From Candidatus Eiseniibacteriota bacterium (GTDB taxonomy: Bacteria; Eisenbacteria; RBG-16-71-46): a DNA stretch of 64,000 nucleotides. The stretch lies in the NCBI GenBank assembly GCA_963717505.1, contig OY970342.1:896001-960000 (forward strand), given 5' to 3'. The notes beneath the pieces were generated by a model. The model made no database searches. It saw only the letters and a program-made list of their open reading frames with translations, and was not told the DNA's origin. This document shows positions 57,731 through 64,000 of the stretch, piece after piece. The position numbers and the translations under genes were made by a program. Every line of letters starts with the position of its first letter. Position 1 is the stretch's first letter.

Positions 57731-60700
57731 ATGACCCAAGCACCGACCCATCCTGAACCCCGCCGCAGCACCCCTTTTCCCTGGCGCCCGGTGCTTACCG
57801 TCCTCCTGGTCCCCGTGGTGCTGGTCGTGGTCCTGGTGGCCGCGCTCCACACGCCGTGGGGCATGAAGACGGTCGCTAATCAGGCTTTGCGGGCGGTGCC
57901 CCTGTGGCCCGAGACGCGGCTCGAGGCCGCCGCCGCCCGCGGCGGGTTTGGCTCGGGCATCGAGCTCTACGGCATCCGCCTGATCGCGCCCAACGGACCT
58001 TTGGCGGGCGTCATCGACACGCTGCGCGTGAGCTACCAACTGCACGAGCTGTTGGGAAACCCGAGGCGCGTACGCGAGATCCGGATCGCCGGACTTCAGT
58101 TGCTGGCGAGCCGGCTGCCGCGCGCGGTGGCCAAGGATCGCAAGTCGCGCGCCGACCGCCGGCCGCCGCAGGTCACCCTGGACCGGCTCGAGCTGCATCG
58201 CACCGATCTCGAAATTCACGTTTCATCGTTCGGACGCGACTCGGTGCTGCTCGTCAAGGGACTCGATCTGACGATGACCGATTTTCGGTTGCACGAGTCG
58301 ACCTCGCTCGCGCTCGACACGCTGAGCGCGACCCTGGTGTCGCCCGCCGCCCCGGCCGAGTCCTTGCGCCTCGCGATGCGCGGGCGCCTGACACCGACGC
58401 GCCTCGAGCTCGATACATTGTCGATTGCCGGGGTGCGCACCCGAGTCACCGGTGCGGGAACGCTGCCGGTGAAGGGTGGCGAGGGCGCGAGTTTCGTGGG
58501 CGCGGACTTCAGCCTATACGCCCGGCCGCTCGCCGGCGCCGACATCGAGCGCTTCCTTCCGTTCCTGGGCAATCCGGGCGACCTGACGCTCGGCATGGTC
58601 GCCCGCAGCCGGGGCTCGCGGCTGCACGCCACGGTCGACGCGCGCGCCGCGCGCGGCGGCCACGTCGCACTAGAAGCGACGGTGGCGGCTGCTGGCGGTC
58701 CGATTTCGCTGCACACAGACGGGCGTGTGGATGATCTCGATCTCGGCGCACTTCGGGGCGGAGCGGCCGACAGCTTGGTGATCGACGCCTCGTGGCGGGC
58801 GGAGTTGGATGGGCCGGACCGCGCACACCTTTCGGGCCCGATCGCGCTGACCCTCGATGGGTCGCGCGTCGGCGACCTGCGGTTCGACGAAGCCCGAATC
58901 GAGGGCGCACTCGCCGACCGTCGCGCAACCGTGAACGCGCGCGCCCGCGGCGAGGGTTTCGCACTGACCGTCGCCGGCTGGGCGACCCCGCTCGACTCGA
59001 TCGTCGCCTACGACGCCTCGGCGGTTCTTTCCCTCGCGCGCGTCCCGTATCCACCGAGGTCGCCTTTCTCGCCGCCACCCGATTCGCTGGCGGACTCGAC
59101 GACGTTGTTCGCGGGTGATACCGAGATTCAAATCAGGGGCCGCGGCCTCTCGGCGGATCGTGCGCAGACGATTGCGACCCTCGAGCTGCGTCCGGATTCG
59201 ACCACGCCGTCGCTGTTGGGCGCCGGCCGGGTCGCAGCCAACCTCGATGCGGGGGTCGCGCGCTGGCGAGTCGACCTGCAGGCCACATCGGGTTCGATCC
59301 GTGCCAGCGGTGATTTTGGCCTGTCGCCCGAGCTATCGTATCGGATTCATCGCGCCGAGATCGCCGGCGTCGACATCGCAGCGTTCGCCGGCGACACCAC
59401 CGCGAGCCGGCTCGACCTCGTGCTGCGTGCCGAGGGCCGTGGCGCGGAGCCCGATCGGATTCGGGCGACCGCCGTGATCGATTCCCTGGCGCTGGCTTAC
59501 GGGATCCATCGGATCGCCGGCGGCACCGCCACGGTGAACCTGGATCGCGGGCGCGCGCGATTCGAGAGTGCGGTCACCGTGGACCAGGCAACCGTCCAGG
59601 CGAGCGGCACGCTCGAGCCCCTGAGCCAACCCAAAGCCGCGCGCATCGCGTTCGATGTTCGCGACCTCGATCTGGCCAAAGTCACCGGAGACTCCCTGCT
59701 CACGAGCCAGCTCGCCGGCCACGTTCGAGCCGAGCTGCGCGGGTCCGATCTCGCCGCGTGGCTCGGGACACCGACGCGGAATGCAGCGATCGAGTCCGGG
59801 CGCGGCCTGGTGCGAATCGAGCTCGAACCATCGTCGGTCGGCGATCAGCACATCGCGGTCTTCGACCTGCGCGGCGACCTCGAGCGCGGCACCGTGAAGC
59901 TCGGGGGGCGACTCGAGTCCTCGTTCGGCGAGGTGCGACTCGCCGGGACCGCACGTCCGTTCGATGCGGTTCCGACGCTGCGGCTCACCCCGCTCGCCTT
60001 CTCGTCGTTCTCGCCCCTGCTGTTGGTCGGCCGCCCGGACCCCGCGCTCGAATTCGAAGGCCGGCTCGACGCCGAATTGTCGGGACGGAGTCTCGCCGAG
60101 CTCAGCGGCAACCTCGATCTCGTGCTCGACGGGTCGCGGGTGAACTCGATGACCTTCGATCAGCTCGCCGTTCATTCGCGCATGGGCGAAGGGACCATCG
60201 AGACCCACCTCACTGCGCGCGCCGCGGATGATTCGGCCGACGTGGCGTTGATCGGCGCGCCGTTCCTGGATCCGCGTCGCTTGCACGCCGCCGGACGGAT
60301 TCGGTCGGTCGGCCTGGCCTCTATGTTGGGCATCGATTCGGTCCGTGCCGGCGCCGGCCTCGAGTTCACCTTCGACGGCCGTCAACCGCGGGGCGGTGGC
60401 GTGGACGATCTCGTACTTTCGGGGTCGGTGGCGGGTAACGCTTGGCTGGGCGAGGCGCGCCTCGACACGGTTGCGGGCGAGTTCAACGTCGAGCACGGCG
60501 TTGCGCAGGTGCCTCGTCTCGCGTTGCGCGGCAACGTGCTGAATGCCGACGGTGGCGGCCGGGTGGTGCTGCCGCGATCCCGGTCGCGCGAGGCCACGGA
60601 CGTTCGCCTCACGGGAACGCTGGACCGCATTGAACTGCTGCCTCCCCTCCCTGGGATCAAGGAACTGGCGGGGAGCGCCCGGATTCAGGTGGCCGCTTCG

Positions 60701-62860
60701 GGCCCGCTCGGCGCCACTGGAATCAGCGGGGATCTGAAGATCGCGCGGCCGCACATCAACGAGATCTGGGCCGACAGCGCCGAGGTCCACTTCACGGGAT
60801 TGATGCACGACACGGTTCTCGCGCGACTCGACGCGACCATCCAGGCCCACCGACTGGTGGCCTGGCCGCTGCTGGCCCGAAATATCGATGCCACGGCGGT
60901 CTGGGACGGAACCGGCCTGGTCGTGGACAGCCGCTCGGCTCTCGATGACCGGCGATCGGACCACATCACCGTGCGTCTGGAACCGATGGCGAGTGGGGTC
61001 CGCGGCCGCCTGGAGGCGTTCGAGCTCCTTCGCCGTCGCCTGAACGTCACATTGCAGAAGCCCGCGGCGTTCGAATTCAGCGGAATCACGCGGATCGACG
61101 ATCTGGTCCTGCTCGAGAACGGCGTCCCACGGCTTCGCGTCGATGGCGGCATCGACAGCGCAGGGATGGCCGACCTTCGCGTCGACGTCGACTCCCTCGA
61201 TCTCAGCGACTACCTGGATTTGGCGGGACTGCCGGCCCTCCAGGGCCACCTCTCCTTCGAGGGTTCCGTCACCGGGCGCCGCGACCGGCCTGTGTTCGAT
61301 GTCTCGATGCGTGCACGGCTGGTTTCCGGGAAGCGCAAGCCCGCGTGGATCACCGGTCGTCTGGCGTGGGCCGACTCCGCGTTCGACCTGACCACCGAGT
61401 TCGAGCAGTCCGCCGGCCACCGAATCGCGCTCGAATCGCACCTGCCCCTGGCGCTCACGCTGGCGCCCGCACGGGGCAGGCCGTTCGTCACAACGCTCGA
61501 GGCGCCGATGTCGTCGCGATTCCAGGCGGAGCGCTTCGACTTCTCGTGGTTCGAGCCGCTGATCTCGCCGCGAGTGGCGCGTCAGCCGCGCGGGTGGCTG
61601 AACGGAGACGTGCGAATCCAAGGCGAGCCCGGCATCCCGGAGGTCTCGGGTTTGCTCGCCCTGACCGAGGCGCAGGTCGAGCTGCCGCCGCTCGGCGTCC
61701 GCTATCAACACGGCGAGGCGCGGCTGTCGTTCGCGGGCCGAACCATCACGCTCGACCGCGCCAGTGTGACTTCCGGCGGCCGTGCCGAAGCCCGGGGCTC
61801 GGCGACGTTCCACGGCCGTGGCCGGCGCACGGTGGATCTGACGCTGTCGCTCGATCGCTTCATTCCGTTGAACACACTCGAAGCCAAGGCCACGCTCTCC
61901 GGGGAGGCGACGCTCGCCGGAAACCTGAGCGCCCCGCAGTTGCGCGGCACGATCAAAGTGCACAACACCACCACCAACATTGAAACCGGCGGCGAAGCCA
62001 ACGTCGAGTCGGTCGAGCTGACCGCGCGCGATCGCCTCGACATCAAGGAGCGCTTTGGCGTTGGAGCCGGCAGCAATGGGCAAGCGACTCCCCCTTTGCT
62101 GGATCGGGTGGACGTCGACCTCACGATCGCGATCGGCGACAACGTCTGGGTTCGGCGGCGCTCCGACCCGGTCGTGGCGCTCGAACTCGAAGGGGATCTG
62201 CACGCGCGCAAGCCCGCGGGCGGGGCGCTGGACGCGCGCGGAACTCTCGGCATCCGCACCGGACGAAGCTTCATGAGCTTCGCCGGGCGGCGCTTCGACC
62301 TGACCCACGCCGAGGTCGATCTGCCGGGCCCGTTGGCGGAGGCGCGGGTGGTGGTCGAGGCTTTCTACTCGCCGCAGACCAGCGGATCGTCGTCGGCCGA
62401 CGTCGAGGTCACCGCGGTGGTCACGATCGACGCCAACGGCGTGGTCACCGACCTGCGGTCGGAACCGTACCTGGATCAATCGGCGTTGCTCAACTACCTG
62501 GCGACCGGCCAGGTTCAGGGTGGCATGGAGTCGGGAACTGCCTATGGGCTCGCGGCCGGTGCGGCATTGGGCGCGGTCGGCGGGGCGGCGGGCCGCAGCC
62601 TTGGGCTCGACGTCGTGCAGGTGACCATGGACGCCAACGGCGGGCAGACACTGAGCGCGGGCAGCTACATCGACCCGCGCATCTATCTTGGATTCCGCCA
62701 GCCGGTGGTTCAGGACCAGACCCGCGGCACCAGCTCGACTTCGGGTGCGACCCCAACCGAGTTCGAAGTCGAGCTCGAGGCGCGGCGGAATCTGCTGTTC
62801 AACGTCCAGGGCAGCTCGGCGCGGTATCGATTCCTCTTTCGGCCGCGGCTCGGGAGGTAA
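57731..62860 (+). CDS. tamB: Translocation and assembly module TamB (DUF490)
   Basis: 1709 aa, N-terminal anchor LHTPWG, beta-rich repeats, C-terminal FAGRRFDL, LRSEPYL.QS.LLNYL.TG, GLDVV, GSYI.PRIY. Confidence 0.85.
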   Translation: MTQAPTHPEPRRSTPFPWRPVLTVLLVPVVLVVVLVAALHTPWGMKTVANQALRAVPLWPETRLEAAAARGGFGSGIELYGIRLIAPNGPLAGVIDTLRVSYQLHELLGNPRRVREIRIAGLQLLASRLPRAVAKDRKSRADRRPPQVTLDRLELHRTDLEIHVSSFGRDSVLLVKGLDLTMTDFRLHESTSLALDTLSATLVSPAAPAESLRLAMRGRLTPTRLELDTLSIAGVRTRVTGAGTLPVKGGEGASFVGADFSLYARPLAGADIERFLPFLGNPGDLTLGMVARSRGSRLHATVDARAARGGHVALEATVAAAGGPISLHTDGRVDDLDLGALRGGAADSLVIDASWRAELDGPDRAHLSGPIALTLDGSRVGDLRFDEARIEGALADRRATVNARARGEGFALTVAGWATPLDSIVAYDASAVLSLARVPYPPRSPFSPPPDSLADSTTLFAGDTEIQIRGRGLSADRAQTIATLELRPDSTTPSLLGAGRVAANLDAGVARWRVDLQATSGSIRASGDFGLSPELSYRIHRAEIAGVDIAAFAGDTTASRLDLVLRAEGRGAEPDRIRATAVIDSLALAYGIHRIAGGTATVNLDRGRARFESAVTVDQATVQASGTLEPLSQPKAARIAFDVRDLDLAKVTGDSLLTSQLAGHVRAELRGSDLAAWLGTPTRNAAIESGRGLVRIELEPSSVGDQHIAVFDLRGDLERGTVKLGGRLESSFGEVRLAGTARPFDAVPTLRLTPLAFSSFSPLLLVGRPDPALEFEGRLDAELSGRSLAELSGNLDLVLDGSRVNSMTFDQLAVHSRMGEGTIETHLTARAADDSADVALIGAPFLDPRRLHAAGRIRSVGLASMLGIDSVRAGAGLEFTFDGRQPRGGGVDDLVLSGSVAGNAWLGEARLDTVAGEFNVEHGVAQVPRLALRGNVLNADGGGRVVLPRSRSREATDVRLTGTLDRIELLPPLPGIKELAGSARIQVAASGPLGATGISGDLKIARPHINEIWADSAEVHFTGLMHDTVLARLDATIQAHRLVAWPLLARNIDATAVWDGTGLVVDSRSALDDRRSDHITVRLEPMASGVRGRLEAFELLRRRLNVTLQKPAAFEFSGITRIDDLVLLENGVPRLRVDGGIDSAGMADLRVDVDSLDLSDYLDLAGLPALQGHLSFEGSVTGRRDRPVFDVSMRARLVSGKRKPAWITGRLAWADSAFDLTTEFEQSAGHRIALESHLPLALTLAPARGRPFVTTLEAPMSSRFQAERFDFSWFEPLISPRVARQPRGWLNGDVRIQGEPGIPEVSGLLALTEAQVELPPLGVRYQHGEARLSFAGRTITLDRASVTSGGRAEARGSATFHGRGRRTVDLTLSLDRFIPLNTLEAKATLSGEATLAGNLSAPQLRGTIKVHNTTTNIETGGEANVESVELTARDRLDIKERFGVGAGSNGQATPPLLDRVDVDLTIAIGDNVWVRRRSDPVVALELEGDLHARKPAGGALDARGTLGIRTGRSFMSFAGRRFDLTHAEVDLPGPLAEARVVVEAFYSPQTSGSSSADVEVTAVVTIDANGVVTDLRSEPYLDQSALLNYLATGQVQGGMESGTAYGLAAGAALGAVGGAAGRSLGLDVVQVTMDANGGQTLSAGSYIDPRIYLGFRQPVVQDQTRGTSSTSGATPTEFEVELEARRNLLFNVQGSSARYRFLFRPRLGR

Positions 62861-62863
62861 GGT

Positions 62864-64000
62864 CTGCGCCGGTCGTTCGGGTGGGCGGTCGTCGCCACGG
62901 CGCTGGCGGGCTTGGGGTTCGCGACCGGCGTCCGGGCCCAGGGCCTCCACCTCGCCCCGGATGCGGAAGTGCGCTCGCTGAAGTTCCGGTTCGCCGGCAA
63001 GCACGAGCTGATGGGGTCGGATCTGGCCGGAGTGATCGCCACCGCCGGGCCCGGCTCGTTCCGTGGGCTGCAGGTCGCCACCGCGTGGATCCCCTTCCTT
63101 CCGGATCCCAAGCCGCTTCCGTTCGACCCGGTCCGCCTCCAGGAGGACGTCGTTCGGATCCGGCGCCACTACCGGCGGCAGGGATTCCCGTCGGCAACTG
63201 TCGACTACGACGTGAGCACCGATCGCAATAGACGCCGGGTCGACGTGACGTTCCTGATCGATGAAGGTCCGGCGCTTCGAATCCGCAGTCTGACCATGGC
63301 GGGTCCCGGCGGTGACGAGGCCGTTCCGATCCCGGACGCCGAGCGACAGGAGATTCGCGAGGAATGGGGCCGGGTGCAGTCGCGATACCTCGGGCGCCGC
63401 GTCCGCCAAGAGGAAATCGTTCATCTTCAGAATGGGCTGATGTCGTTCCTCGCCGACCGAGGTTATGCGAAACCGGCGATCGAGCCGCGCGCCCTGATCG
63501 ACTCGATCGGCGGCCACGTGGACATCGTGTTGCAGGTGACCCCCGGGCCGCGCACCCGGGTGTCCTCGATCGAGGTCGAAGGCGCCCATTCGGTTCCGGA
63601 AAGGATCGTCGAGCGACAGCTCGGCTTCGAGGCTGGCGACTGGACGTCGAAGAAGCACCTCGAACGCGGCCGGGCGAATCTGCTCACCGTGGAGCTCTTT
63701 CGTCGGGCGGACGTGCACCTCACGGGTTCAGTCGGCGACAGCGCCGTGCCGGTGAAGGTCCAAATTGGCGAGGACCGGCCACGGTTCACCAACATCGAAG
63801 TCGGATACGTCACGGACGGCGCCGGCATCACCGGCCAGGTGCGCTGGACCCACCCCAACTTCACCGGTGGAGCGCGTAGTCTCAACACCATCGGCCTGTT
63901 TCAGTCGGGATGGGGCTCGACCAGCGACGTCAAGGACCGGCTGGCGCGCGCGACCATCGTGCTCAATCAGCCCTACGTCGGCGCGCCCGAACTGTCACTC
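62864..64000 (+). CDS. tamA: Omp85-family TamA/BamA-like protein with POTRA domains (3' truncated; probable CTG start)
   Basis: Open frame LRRSFGWAVVATALAGLGFATGVRAQ.., FDPVRLQEDVVRIRRHY..QGF, VTFLIDEGP, LADRGYA, VTPGPRT, WTHPNFTGGAR. Confidence 0.8.
   Translation, partial: MRRSFGWAVVATALAGLGFATGVRAQGLHLAPDAEVRSLKFRFAGKHELMGSDLAGVIATAGPGSFRGLQVATAWIPFLPDPKPLPFDPVRLQEDVVRIRRHYRRQGFPSATVDYDVSTDRNRRRVDVTFLIDEGPALRIRSLTMAGPGGDEAVPIPDAERQEIREEWGRVQSRYLGRRVRQEEIVHLQNGLMSFLADRGYAKPAIEPRALIDSIGGHVDIVLQVTPGPRTRVSSIEVEGAHSVPERIVERQLGFEAGDWTSKKHLERGRANLLTVELFRRADVHLTGSVGDSAVPVKVQIGEDRPRFTNIEVGYVTDGAGITGQVRWTHPNFTGGARSLNTIGLFQSGWGSTSDVKDRLARATIVLNQPYVGAPELSL

Noticed and set aside
59333-63718. 1461-aa minus-strand ORF
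   Set aside because: Antisense shadow of tamB/tamA. High GC suppresses stops and there are no recognisable motifs.

Overview
High-GC bacterial chromosomal window with about 40 genes and no rRNA, tRNA, CRISPR array or transposase that I can see. Several secreted proteins end in FlgD/T9SS-like C-terminal domains and one ends in an SWGxxKxxY tail. This suggests an FCB-group lineage such as Ca. Eisenbacteria (inference only). In order, the window holds a nitronate-monooxygenase-like gene, an atypical A-T-TE NRPS with an SbnI-like kinase, a MarR-NmrA-cytochrome c unit, glcF-ycaQ, a Ser/Thr kinase-lysC-cupredoxin operon, two BNR paralogs, HU and an ABC-2 transporter. Next come a small ORF-dinB-unknown-dnaE2 mutagenesis cassette with an SOS-box-like operator, ferredoxin/HD genes, a MacAB-type exporter, trxB-ETF-QO-TRAP(TatT), a five-gene redox operon and tamB-tamA. 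The strongest candidate system is the minus-strand operon at 48165-55592, behind a sigma54-type promoter. It encodes a cytochrome-b-like membrane protein, a circularly permuted Fe-S/FAD NAD(P)H oxidoreductase, 20-heme and 19-heme cytochromes c and an outer-membrane beta-barrel, which together look like a cytoplasm-to-surface electron conduit. Also notable are a 162-bp palindromic element inserted in frame in dnaE2 and a highly structured intergenic region after dnaE2. The many frameshifts between 2.9 and 21.7 kb are probably sequencing indels. All calls come from reading motifs by eye; no database searches were run.
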